The translations under genes were made by a program, and so were the position numbers. The notes below the pieces were generated by a model. The model worked only from the letters and a program-made list of their open reading frames with translations. It had not been told where the DNA came from and made no database searches. Of a DNA stretch of 64,000 nt, positions 51,082-63,423 are shown piece after piece. The stretch comes from Moniliella sp. 'wahieum' (taxonomy: Eukaryota). The stretch covers positions 62,001 through 126,000 of the forward strand of contig RSEE01000105.1 in assembly GCA_003971905.1 (NCBI GenBank), written 5' to 3'. Position 1 is the stretch's first letter, and each line of letters opens with the position of its first letter.

Positions 51082-53918
51082 TCAAGGGGGTGGGGGAAGA
51101 ATCCAAACGAGGGTGTGTGGTTTCAAGGCCTCAGAGGTGAAATAGTGACTGGGGGAATCGGTCAAGTTCGGTTGGTCGCGCAGACGCGTCTTGCAACGTG
51201 AACTTTCCGCCCAAGGGTGGGACTGTGTGGTCACCCGCTCGTCCTGACGAAAGGGTGTAGGCTGAGAAGGCCGTCCGGCAGGATGAGGCGGGGAGAGCCG
51301 GCCAAGTGGGAAAGACAAAGGCGAAGAAGTGTACGGACCCTAAGGGCTGAGGAAGTAGGCGCAGGAGTTGGAACAGGGAAAGGGGGATTCGAGGCACGAT
51401 GGGATTTACGTGGTTGCCCTACCACGGGAATCGGCAGATTTTCTGACGACGCTAGGATGGTGACCCCCATATGGAGACGATGGGATGAACCATGCGCCCG
51501 CACGGTCTTCCTTCCGAATTGGATGCAGAGTTCTCACTCGTTTGGAGGGAGCACGACATTACTTCCCTCTGCCGCAGGGCGAAGACGCGAAGTAGACATG
51601 ATGTGCTCTCCGTTATCTTCATCCCTTCGTTTTCTACATCCGACATGGATGATGGGAGTCCGGGAGAAAGCGTCAGGATGGAGACAGAGCACTCTTGCGC
51701 TTAAGCCTGTCTTTTCCATTTGGCTCGGGCAAACTGACCCTGGGCCCCGTTGGAGTTTACGGGTGAGTGTTTGATCTCTTCATGCAGACGCTTCCGTTCC
51801 TTGCGCAACGACGTTCTGCCTCTCTGATCCGGTCTCGCTCGGCCAAGCGACGATGGTGTGGGTCTTGCTGCGAAGAAGAAAATGTTTGGGCCCAACCACG
51901 CAGCCAGGACGCATCAACCGCATCCACCCATGGCCTCGTTGGCATCAAACCCGTACTTGTAGATCAAGAACTGCCAATTAGCACCCCTGTCCGTCCCAGG
52001 ATGCTTTGCAATGGACTGCAAAACGCCCCCGTCGGCGGTGGTGACGGTGCGAATGCGGTGGAGAAAAGTACGCAGAATTTGGTCGGTAGGGTTGGAGCCA
52101 TCTTCAAAGTAGAGATCGAGATGGTCGATCCCCGCCTCGGTGAACAGTGCGGGATCATACAGCGCTTCATTCAGTCGCACGACCAGTTTAACATTGCGGG
52201 AGGAAAATCGGACAGAAGACGGTCACGCATCTGGTCCCACATGGAAAACGAGGCGCTCTCTTCAACCGAATCGGGAGTGAGGGCGAGGTACTGTGAGAAA
52301 AGCCAGAAGCCTGGTTGGCATTCGCATCGGGTTGCTGAACGATGCCTTGTTCTACCCCTGGCGAAAGCGCGGATCTTGGGGCGAGGCAAACGCGATCACA
52401 TGGGTGTGATCCAGGACCAGTCGTTGTTGGTTGTGCGTTCCGCTTGTAGAGGTATTCGCAGAGGTCAAACCTCTCAATATCAAAAAGGTGGTTCAGCGTC
52501 ACTGCTCGCCAAGCGCCGTAGACCACATCTTGTAACGACAAACCCATAGTCAGCCTTTCCGTACCCAGCATCTCGAAAAGGCTCAAGTTCGAGCTATAAT
52601 ATGCAGGATAGAATGCGTAGCTTGTTCACAGAAGGAGAAAGGCATTGGGGGACGCACCGTGCAAAAGGGTGTGCAACGCCTCAGCTGGAGATTTGTCCTC
52701 AATTAGGACCATGCGCAGGGCAAGCAGAGCGACGGCATTGGCCTTCACCCGGGGGCGGGTGGAGGGTGTGTTAGAAGACGATGCCATGTCGTCGATAAGG
52801 TCCGGCAGCTGGAGAAAAAGATTAGTGTCCATGCCAGTACACAGAAAGCGGTTCAACTGGCGTGGCGGTGGCAGTGGAAGCGGTGAGGTAGACGCGGTCT
52901 CATGGAGAGAGCGGGGAGGAACGGGGAGGAGCGGGTTGCTTACCGTGAGCAAGTCATGCAGAGAACACAGAACTGATAACAAGCGACATGTTGAGTGGTC
53001 CCCAGTCATCAAAAAAGGGAAGGTGAGCAAAAATTGGTGGCCGTTGCCCAGGGGCAGTGTGGTGGAGCCTTGGGCTTGCGGTCAACGGTAAACCAGTAGA
53101 ACTTGGATTCGATTGGCCTGGGAGCCAGACGGAATCAAATGACGTCCCCTGACGAAGGCAGCCTTCTGCGGCGGCGGAGCATTCATTCCTGCCGATTTGG
53201 GTGCCGCGTGCGGGAAGATGGCATGCCGCGTTCCATCATGCGCATTCAGCAAGGAGGGGGAGGGAAGGGGAGAGTCGAACATGCCAAGTATATGCGCGAG
53301 CTTGCTTGAATCAAGGGCTGGCCCAAAATAGGATGTTTCTCTAGCCCTTTGATACGGCGCCACCTTTTGAGATTGAAGCATGGACTTGGGGGTGCTGGTG
53401 GAAGAGGCAAGTGAGGTATTAACGAGGGTGGGGAGGGAGGGCAGAGGGCTTCTGATGCGGGCGGATCGTATCGGTTAAAGGCCGTAGGCGTTTACGTGGC
53501 CGCTCGACTGGGCCATCATCGACGTTGAATGCGAGGGGAAGCTCAACGCCGGCGACGGATTGGTTTGGGGCAGTGGCGCTGTCGGGCATACCCAAGTCAT
53601 CGGGTATGCAGCAGTCTGAGGGGGAAGGGGAGGCAACACAGGTCAGGTCGCCCATATCGACCGGATGGGGGCCCAGAAGAGAGGCGGCGACGGTGCTGTT
53701 GTGCTGTGATGGAAGGAGGTCGAGAGGGTCTCGGACGATGCTTGCGGCAGCATCGGAGGCGAGGGAGTACGAGACGCAGATGCAGAGCGTGGCGAGAGTG
53801 TGTTGGCGGCGGGTGCGTTTAATACATCTGCCGCCGCTGCCTCTGATGAGGCAGCTGCGGTGGGCCGTGCCGAGACAACAGAGGCTGTTGCCGTGGGGGC
53901 GATGGAGATGGTCGCCAT
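51082..53918 (-). CDS. CDC14: Cdc14 dual-specificity phosphatase, heavily indel-broken, termini uncertain
   Basis: FDDWGPLN, KANAVALLA, PFRDAGYG, LSLQDVVYG, VRLNEALYD, LYFEDGSNP, VHCKAxLGRTG, MRPGCVVGP. Confidence 0.87.
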
Positions 53919-55654
53919 CCTCGCCTGGCCCTGCGATGGCGACGAAGGGGGAAGGGGAGGCGGAGGTTGGTTGGTTAAAGGCGGTGGTGGCGAGGAGGCG
54001 CTGACGAGTACAGACGGCCAATAGCAAGGCAACGCCCCTGGAGCGCGGCAGGGGGTTATTGTGGCCCCCATGCGCCCTGGGTGTATTTTAGTGTTGCGCT
54101 CAGGCCGGGTGGGTGATAATGGCGGGTGACTCTCACGCGTCACACCGCGTTTTAAAGTACCCCCGTTCCGCCCCAGGCCTTGTTCCGCTAGAGCGTGTAC
54201 TGCTTACATCAGATGCGTACTTGAAACGTGCCGCCTGCAGGTTGATGTGCTGGCCAAAAAGCGGAGCGATGCAAAACGCAGCTGCTGGCAGGCTGGTTTG
54301 CCCTCTGCTTGCGTGTCCATGTCACCAGCAACGCTGTCGGTGATGGCGCCCCTCCAGTCGAGCTCGGTGCGATTGGAAGCCCACGTTCAACGCGGTGTGT
54401 CACACACATGTCACAGGGCGCTCGGTGCACCACGGGTGCCCCCATGCCCAGCGTCCAACGCGCACCGCCATGGGCGGAGGTGATATGGCGATGCCGGTGA
54501 TAGCAAGCGCTGGGCGCAGCTTTCCCAGTTGGATGTCAGCATGTCAGAAGCTACCCATGTCCAAGTTGAAATGTTGCGGCTTACTCTTTCCTTGCCTTGG
54601 GATCGGCCAGCGTGTTCCGGACTACCATCAAACAAAGAGAGGACACATCGAAGGTCCAACCCCATCTCCATCTTCACGTCGCCTCCCATCTTCGCTAGCA
54701 GCCTGTCCTCCACGTCGCTCGTAGCGTCTTTCAACGGGGCCAACAAACGCCAAGTTCCTCTTCCCGCAACACTAGCAATCCCCAGTCACTCACACTAGAC
54801 TAGTACTTTTGAAGTCAGTCACATCGTCACGTCTGGCGAAACGTCTCATCGGAGTACCCCATCACTCGCATCACTCTATCCCAGAAGGCCTAAGGCCTAA
54901 CGCGTAACGCAAGCGCCAGGAACACTGCTCTGCCAAACTTGAGGTGCTCTTGTCCTCGATCCTCTCCGTCACTGAAGGTGTGACTCGTCTCCAGTTGCAT
55001 CATCGACATCCTCGCATTTCCCGCCCAGATCGCTGGCCATTATCGATCAACTGAGGGATACTGAGGTACTGAGGGGCGAGAGCTACAACAGAGACCGAGT
55101 GACTAGTGAATATTGAATGTTCACCACGTTCACACCGGTTTCCAGTGCCGCTGGTTACCGTTTACATCCAGCCCCACGGGGCCCTCTCAGTACCCGAATC
55201 CTTCAGAAGCTCATTCGGGTTAGCAGCTTGCAGGCGAACCATTATGCATTACATCAGTAGCAAACTGCCGAAACGTGCCCGTCGATTCATACACGCCGCC
55301 TCACCGGCCTGACCTCAGGCCTCATCCGTTCAACGTTGTTCAACAATCAACTGAGCGTTCGTTCAACAAACGTTGACCGGCCTTGAAGCTTGAAGCATGA
55401 CCGGATGACCACCCCAAGTGAAGAACAAATCTGCACGTGTGTGCTTGCTGGGGTGTGCCTGGGTGCATGTGACGGATGTGACCATCGTCGGGGACTGCAG
55501 CGACGGTACAGAACGTAGAGGACCACTATGTGCGCACCAGAAGGCTCAGCCTGAGCTCGGTACCCTTGGTCCAGCCCATTCAGACGCCGCAAAACGCCAC
55601 CACCACGCAATCCACCACCACTCCCACCCGCCCCCTCGCCACTGCTCTAGGGCC

Positions 55655-56289
55655 ATGCGTCTCCCCGTGCTGGCCACTGCCACTGCCTTGGCCAGCGCCA
55701 TGCTGGCCGCCGCCTCGCCCGTCGACAGCGCCCCAGCTGCGGTTGCGCGTAGCTATACTCCTACCGCCAAGTTCGACCATGAAGGGCTGCGTTTCCTCAC
55801 CCCTTACAACTTCAACAAAACCACGGCCGAGGGCATGTGGTTCGTCGAGTTCTACAGCCCCAAGTGCAAGTGTACGTCCCCCCCCCCCTAACCCTTCCTC
55901 CTCACTTCTCACTCCTGGCTGGCGAGGGCACTTTTCCTTTTCGAGAGTCTTTGGGGTGCTAACTGTTAGGCCTGGCTTGGTTTCCCTCTTGATCACTCCA
56001 CGCCCAGACTCTCGCCACTTCATGCCAACGTGGAAGGAACTGTGGGGCTAGCGCCCGGCTGGAGAAGTCGAGTTCCTTCTACATGGCTCGTGTCAACTGT
56101 TTGGACCACGGTGAGCTGTGCGACCAGGAGGATGTGGAACTGTACCCCACCATGCGCCTGTACGACGAAGGAAAATTCGTTACCAATTACTTGGGCAGCC
56201 GCCAATACTCCATCCTTCACCCCTGGGTTTTTGGTCAGGCGGACGAACACCGTCGCCACCAAAAATCGTCGTGGTGGTTCGGATGGTAA
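55655..56289 (+). CDS. Secretory single-domain thioredoxin/PDI-like protein (resembles the Eps1/TXNDC5 first domain), 1 intron
   Basis: Signal peptide; LTPYNF...GMWFVEFYSPKC, intron 55872-56007, HFMPTWKEL, ARVNCLDHGELC, YPTMRLY; one indel near 56045. Confidence 0.8.
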
Positions 56290-56520
56290 TGAGTTCTGAT
56301 GGCTCCTTGTTGACCAGTACAAAACTATATGAACTCATTGACCGTTTTCCCAGTTCCGTCCCTACCCTGTCAGTGGTAGCAACTCGCCTATTCTACGTTC
56401 TCACTTTCTAAGTCTGCATTCTTCTTCTGTCTTTTCTCGAGCTAGACTGGGATAACAAGCGTTGGATTTGTGATTATAGATCGATCAGAGAGAGCGCACC
56501 GTGGGCAGTTTGACTCGTTC

Positions 56521-56940
56521 TTAGCTTTCCTCCTGCACAAAGGCGGTAAGGATGGAGCTGAGCACGTTGGGCATGTCCTTGGTCTCGGGGCAGACAAATG
56601 CCTTGCCTGGTAGGGCACGCGCAAAGTGCTGTGCCTCGGACCCATTCTTATCGATAAAGATGATGGCAGAACGCACCTTGTCGCCGCCCTTGTTCAAAGC
56701 ACGAGACAAGGGGTACCGTGATCCCGTACCGCGACAAGTGGGCGTCCGACATGCCAATCACAAAACGCGCATCCGCCTCTTCCTTGGCCAAGTCGATGGC
56801 CGACTGCTCAGGAAGAGACAGTGTTGTCGCCGCTGTCCGTGTACTGCATATAAGCCACCATGTCACGTAGGACTAATAGCACCGAGAACAGAGTGATTCC
56901 AGTTAGCACCGCTGAAGCACGAGAGCGAGCAAACCACACC

Positions 56941-56973
<33 letters not shown>

Positions 56974-59900
56974 ACACGTACCTTTCCACTTGTCACCCTG
57001 CGTCCGCGGCGGCTTGTTGGCCGGGATAAGGACGATGGAGTTGCCATCGCCATTGTGTCCGACCAAGTCCCAGACGAACTTGCCCGGATCAGCATGCTGC
57101 ATGGCTTCCATGATCATCGTCACCGTCTTGACCTCCCGGTCCAGACGTCCGTCAAACTGCATCACATACATGCTGGCCGACAAGTCGACCAAAAACCGGA
57201 TACGTTTCGGCTTGGTCTGTGGCGCGCCAGGCTCGGGCGGCTGTTCTTGCCGGCGACGGAAAATGTTGCGTTCGCCCGTCAGGCCATCGGCCAAGCGCCG
57301 TTCGTCCAGCTCGCCCTCCTGCTGACGGGAGAGCCATTGTCGTTCGTGCGCAGACGCCTGCAATGCATCAAAGATACCTCTCAGCGCACGAATTTGCGGG
57401 GCCATCTCGGCCTGGTACGCATGCAACGTCGCGCCCTCGGTCGCTGTCAAGCCGTCCTCGGCCAACTTCTTAGCCAAGGCCGCTAAGGCCATCTCCTTGG
57501 CCTGCTTGCGCACATGTTCCGGCACAGCATCCTTCATCTCCTGCGGCACTTGGTGGATATCGTGACCGGTATACAGACGCTCGTACCCTCCCCTGCCTCC
57601 GAGGCCAGCCGTGTCCCTGCCGCCCGTACCACCGCGCCAGGTATTGCCACCGACATGCGGGTTGTTCTCAGGATCGATCTTGCCCTCCTTGGGCTGATCC
57701 AGCGACGTGTCCTTTCCACTCTCCCGTGGGTCAAACTTGATGAGTTTCGGTGCCGCCTTGCCTTCCTTTTGCCCAAGTGCCGCTTGGGCTGCCTTGGCGG
57801 CGGCTGCAGCGCGCACGGCGGCCAAACTCATGCTGGACGTATCGATGCCGTAGCGGTCGAGGATGCTAAGCACATGCGACATGGCCTCGGGTCGGTGGAG
57901 GTCAAACGCAAGTGTATTGAGCAGCACAGACTCAGCTGTTCCTCAGGGAAATTCTCAAGGTGACGGACGAGATGAAGCAATTCGCGCAACGAGTAGGGGT
58001 AGGCCACCAGGCCATCCACAAATGCTTGGCGCAGTTCATGAAAGGCCAAATCGAGGCGCTCCAACAGGTCACGCGGCACACTGGGTGCGGCCTGTTGCAA
58101 CAGTCGGATCTCCGAGTCGGGGTCCGGGTTCGACACGGCATAACAGCTAAACCCTTCTCCGATGACTTGGAGGAACTCGTTGCCCAAGAACGGGTACCCC
58201 GGCCGGTTCGATAACAAGATCAATCGGAAATCCGGATGGAGCAGAATGTCGTCAGGAGAGCCATGGCGCGCCGAGGGCCGCCGAACCCGACGTCGTGGAA
58301 GGGAAAGCTCTCCGCGCTCGGCGAGCGACTTGAACACTGCTGTCACGGCGGCCGACGCCTTGTCCGCCTCGTCAATCACCATGATACGTCCTGTACGAAT
58401 GGCACGGACCAAGGGTGACTCGAGATAAGCAAGTTGCCCGTCCTTGAGCTGAACTTGCTGCAAGATGGAGGCCACCGTCGAGTCACGATGCAACTGGATG
58501 TACTCGCGGGGCCGACGGAGGAGCTGAAGCAAACGATCCACCAACTTGTTTTTGCCAGTACCTTGGTTGCCCATCAGGAGGAGATGCTCACCAAGAAGAT
58601 GCAAGTCCTCAGCCATAGCTTTCAGCAAAGCCGTCTGGTCGGGGTTGTTGTAAAACGACTTCATTGTCGGTACCAGCAGTTTCCCCTCGGGGTCCCTCTG
58701 GTCCACATCAACAGGGGCACCTTCTCGGGCGGAGAGGAAGGTTCGGTAAGATCGGAAAAGACGAGAGAATCTCCCTCCACCTCCGGATCCGCAAGAAGCG
58801 GAGGAGGACGGTACTGGAACGCGCCCTCTGCTCCGACGGGATAGATCCGATTCTGGACCAAGAGATCCAGCACCACCGCCCGCACACGCCTTGGGCAAAA
58901 AGTCTACCAGCAAGGAACGCGTGATGAGCCAGTGCAGATCCGAATCGGGAAAGTGAGCCAGACGATGGGCCATGCGCAGCAGTTGACGCGTGCCGAGCCG
59001 ACGCGACTTGGCCAGGGACAAGTTGGGATCGGCACTGAGTTTGCGGTACTGCGCCGCAAAGTCCAGCAGCGGTTCCAGCTGCTCGGGGGGGCACTCGGTG
59101 CGGTCCGCTACCACGTGAGCCTCTCCTCTGGGTCCATAGGACTGGGCTGGACAAATCCAAACATGGTGCTCGACTCTTCGTCCAACCAGTCACCTTTGGC
59201 CGCGACAGCCGTGGCGACCAGTCGAAACGAAGGCTGAATCACGGGCAGCACCGCCCCACCCGCTGCCTCGGCCAATTTTTCCCGCACCGTCGTAAGTGAC
59301 AGCGGCGGATCGTCAGGGTGGGCGAGGATGAAGCGGTTCCCGTTCCAAAGTTCCGACTCGCGGTCGGTAGCCAGCCGAGCCAAGCTGCCCAGCGTGGGGC
59401 CGAGCGTGTCCACCCCGGCCAAGTGCACCAGACGGCCCTCGACGGCTCCCTTGAGCAGAGGCGCCAGCTCCCACGTGGTACTGCCATCGGGTGCGGTCGC
59501 ACGGCGCATGAGAAGCTCTTGACCACTAATGTCCTTGAAGAGATGGAGCGTCTCCAATGGATAGCCAAGGATCGAAGCAAAGATGCCAATTGAGGTTGAG
59601 GTGGATGACGAAGCTTGTCCGCTCACGCCCTTGCGTGCTACCGACGGGCTGTGCCGCCCGGCCAACGACGAGGGCAAAAGACAAATGTCGCGCCCGACCG
59701 CGTGCAGCTGGAGCATCAGAGTCAACTGGGCCATCATGCGCGGTGTGATGAGGATCCCGTCTTGCGTCGTTTCTCCTAGAGTGGGAACAGGGACCAAGGG
59801 TAGAGAGCCGCCCGGCGTGCGCAAGCGAACCACTTGGCCTGTCTCGACTTGTTCAAACAGAAGCGAAACCTGGTTCGAAGCCGGGTCGGGACGCTCGGCA

Positions 59901-61365
59901 CGGATAATTCGGTAGCCCAAAAGCCCCCCTCCTTCTTGGGCCGCCTCTTCGCCCAGGCCTTGACTCAGCCCCACAGCAGCCAACAACTCGCGAGAAGCTT
60001 GTCCTGGGCATCGTCAAAGGTATGCATGACGGGGTACCCAGTACCCAACAGGGTCGCTGTAGAAGGAGCGATCAATGCCGCAGGGGGACGATTGGCTAGC
60101 TTTTTGAACGCCTCCATTTCCCGTCGAGCTTGCATGGCACGTTGGGTCGAATGCATCTGCAATGCATGCGACGAGGAAGCTGCCTTTTCCAGTTGAGCCT
60201 CAGGATTGACACGAGGCGGGGCAGAAGTGGGTTGGTCATCCGTTCTCGCCCAAGTTGGCCACAGCAGGAGGCACGCGGGCCGGCAGGAACTGAGCAATTG
60301 TCTCGTCAATCAGCGGGATCGCCGTGCCGGCCAAGTGAGGCAGTTGGGTGGTGGGGGGAAGCCCCGTCTCGCCCGAAGCGACATGGTTGTGCTCCCGGAC
60401 CAAATGGCCCCACTGATAAAACAGTTTCTGTACCTCCAACCCTTCAGCTTGGTGTGTTGGGTCTGGCGTACCTTCTACCCGAGCTGCCACGTCTGCCGAG
60501 CCCGTGTGACCCACATACCCTTCCACCCAGCGGCCTTGGAACCGGCTCCGAAAAGGGGGTCGAGCGGATGGCCCTTGTAGGGTGGAACAGGGACTCCGAT
60601 GGTGATCACGCGAAAGTTGGGGTGGACGGGAATGAAGCGGCTATGACTACCGTCCTTTGCTCCGCCCCGTTGGGCCTCCTCAGCCCGCGCTGCCTCGAGA
60701 CGCTCGGCTGGGATAAGGTGCGTGCCATCGGGTAGGTTTTGTTCCCGGTTCTGAGCCCAATGCGAGTCAGGATATGCAATGACAGAAAATTGGTTGGTTT
60801 GTAGAGTCAAGAAAAAGGGCCACAACGTACCTCGAGAATGTTGTTGAGGAGGGGAGGATGTTCCTCTCGGCACGTTGGGTGCCTTCGAGAATGAGAAGTG
60901 CACCTTGCGTCATGGCACGCACAACCGGTCCGTTGTGGTACACCAGCGACCGACCTCCCTCCAAGTTCCGAGTCTGGAGCAGATCCGCCTCGCCTACATC
61001 GCGGTGGAGCGAGACCAGCTCGTAGGGCAACTGAAGAAGCGCAGCAAAGGTCAGGGCCAGGCGGCGTGCGTACGGCCCGGGAGGAGAGAGAAGAAGACAT
61101 CCCCAAGCGCCACTTCTTGGCGAGCCATTCCAGATGCTCGGCGACCAAGGGGTCGGCCGTGTCGAGGAGGAGGCGGGGGGAGGGCAGGCGGGCTGGCTGC
61201 GGGGCGGGTGACAGGGAGGGACACGGCGCCGACATGGACGGTGCCAATGAGGTCGTCCGACGCGGCGGTGGCCAGGAGACGGGTGCTGTGGGGGGTGGTG
61301 GGGGCGAGCTGGCGGGCCAAGGCCGCGACGCGCTGCTCGGGGGCGGGGCGGGAGGGCGGCGCCAT
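56521..61365 (-). CDS. VWA8: VWA8-like multi-AAA+ ATPase with C-terminal VWA domain
   Basis: EHLEWLAKKWRLG, SLHRDVGEADL, VHPNFRVI, PLDP, LLLMGNQGTGKNKLVDR, IDEADKA, YPYSLREL, PHVGGNTWRGGTGGRDTAGLGGRGG, DLSASMY, SGDNT; introns near 56870-56980 and ~60770-60830. Confidence 0.93.
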
Positions 61366-61667
61366 GCGGGCCAGGGAGAGGTGGTGGTGTGGAGGTGGGG
61401 TGGGGTGGGGGTGGGGTGGTGGCGATGGAGATGGAGGTGGTGGTGGTGGTGGTGGAGGCGGGCAGGATGGGCAGCACGGAGCAGACGGAGGAGCATCCTA
61501 CGCTGTGCGACTTTCCCGCCGGCAGCAGCAGTGGTAGCAGCTGGGCTTGGGCCTCGCATTCACTGTCCGTCGCTGCCTGCCTGTGAATCGGCCCTGCTCG
61601 GCCACCGCCTCGGCCCAGCCCACATCCGGTACCCGGTCGCCACTCCCCTCTCCCCACCCAAAAAAGA

Positions 61668-61763
61668 TGGTCAATATGAGGCTTGAACTCATGACCTTGG
61701 CATCACCAACACTCCCGCAGGGACATATTAGTACCACGCTCTGACCAACTGAGCTAATCGACC
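61668..61763 (-). tRNA. tRNA-Ile(AAU) with 22-nt intron
   Basis: Exons identical to the copy at 27117-27211; oligo-T terminator. Confidence 0.96.
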
Positions 61764-62288
61764 GCTTGAGTGCGTGGTCTTTTTCCAGTAGCGTGTCGTC
61801 ACTTTCAATTTCAATTCTTTCAATTCCGCCAGTCGATCTAGCGCCAATTAAGCATTAGCGCGAATAAGCGCGCTCCCCATGGCGCTTATCAGCCTGTTTG
61901 CTCCGCACCAGCCCACCGCCAGTCTCCCGCCGCGGGTGACGTTCAAATCCATCCTTCCTGTTGCACAGCTCGGCCCAAGTTGCCCTATACCAAGTGTTGG
62001 CCCACAAGAAAGAGCCCGTAATGGGGGGTTCACAGTTCACAGTTCACACATCAGAGCCTGCGCGCCAAACACAAAACAACTGGAAGTTATGGGAGGGAGA
62101 CATGTGTGCATATTTCAATCGAGGAAGACCAGGGGGAAACAAGGCATAGGGGGGGGCAAATGGACAAGTGAGGAAGAAACCTCCGAACAAAAAAGGGAGG
62201 AAAGGATATGGCCTAAAGTACAGATGAACTAGAAGTAAAAGGAGAAGCAAGGGGAGGCAAAAGGGGAGGACGGTAGAGGGAACGCGAT

Positions 62289-63423
62289 CTAAAGCTTGGA
62301 CGGGACACGCCGCACAGGTTCGGCCGCCTTGGGGGTCCAAATGTCCTCTGGGTCCGTGCCGTAAGGCGTCATCTGCTCCAGTGCATTGGCAAACACATTG
62401 TCCACCAAGCTCTTGAGTGCACGCAGCTCATCAAAGTCGACCGTCGGTGCCTTGAGCCCGCCGCGACGGCCATAGGCATCCTCAATGGACTTGCGCCGCT
62501 GCCCGAGCATCGACTTGTACTCCCCCAAGGTCTGCTGGACCAGGTCGAGACGCGAGACGAGGTACTGGTCGTAGAGCTCAAAGTTGTTGGAGCAGTTGCG
62601 GATGTTACGGAGGTTGGTAATGTCCTCGGTCGGCCGCTTGGGACGGAAAGAGGTGACCATGGTGATGCGTTCAAACGCATTGTCGCAAGGCAAGGCAGCG
62701 TGGTTAATGTACCCACCCTGCATCAGCACACACGATCCCAAGTTGGGACCGATCGCCTTGATCGCCTCGCCATCGCCACGGCGAATCTCCGTTTCACCAC
62801 CGACCATGCCTTCACATCGGACAGCATCAGCACGCACACCCAAGGGTAAGCGTCACGGTGGTAGCCCACCACGGGCGCCGTCTTCTCCCCGTTCTTGGAT
62901 GCACCGACACGTGCGACTTGGCAAACGGATCGGCGAAGAAAGGGTGTTGATGTACTCGCGACGGTCCCAGCCAGCCGGGACTTGGATGTTGGTGTGGCCC
63001 AGCTCGTAATCAAACACTGGCACCAGCTCTTCTCCGGCAGCTTCGGCAAGCGCAGCCAGGGTAGCCGGGTTGGTCCAAAGTCGTACACGAACTTGGATGC
63101 TTCCGGCGCCATACCGCGCAACTGCGCATGCGGCCCAGCAAGGGTAGACTGCATCATGTGGTGGTCGAGCACGTGGGGTTGGAGGATGGCTGACGCATCG
63201 CCTTCACGCCCTCGTACGAGGCCAGGGGGAAAGGGCCAGCACAGCCCATAGAGACGGGGCCTTGAGACCAGCCAGCGCCAGTTGGTTCATCGTTTGGCGC
63301 TCCTGGTCAAGTGGCTTGGTGTACTGCAAGTGCACGGCAGGGTGAGTGAAGGTTGGCCTCACCGGCCGGGACCGTACACAGGCGCGGCGGAGTAGCGGGC
63401 TGCTGTTGAACAAGAGCGTCCAT
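62289..63423 (-). CDS. 2-oxoglutarate/Fe(II)-dependent dioxygenase of unknown substrate, ending in -SKL
   Basis: HxD motif VVGYHRDAYPWVCVLMLSD, GGETEI, distal His LMQGGYINHAAL, RITMVTSFRP; several indels. Confidence 0.82.

Noticed and set aside
54411..54798. ORFs between CDC14 and the thioredoxin gene
   Set aside because: No recognisable motif, no convincing start context or splice signals; treated as divergent promoter DNA.
55958..55969. Alternative acceptor TGTTAG right after branch GCTAAC in the thioredoxin intron (would give CKC)
   Set aside because: The branch-to-AG distance is very short and the product terminates within a few codons.
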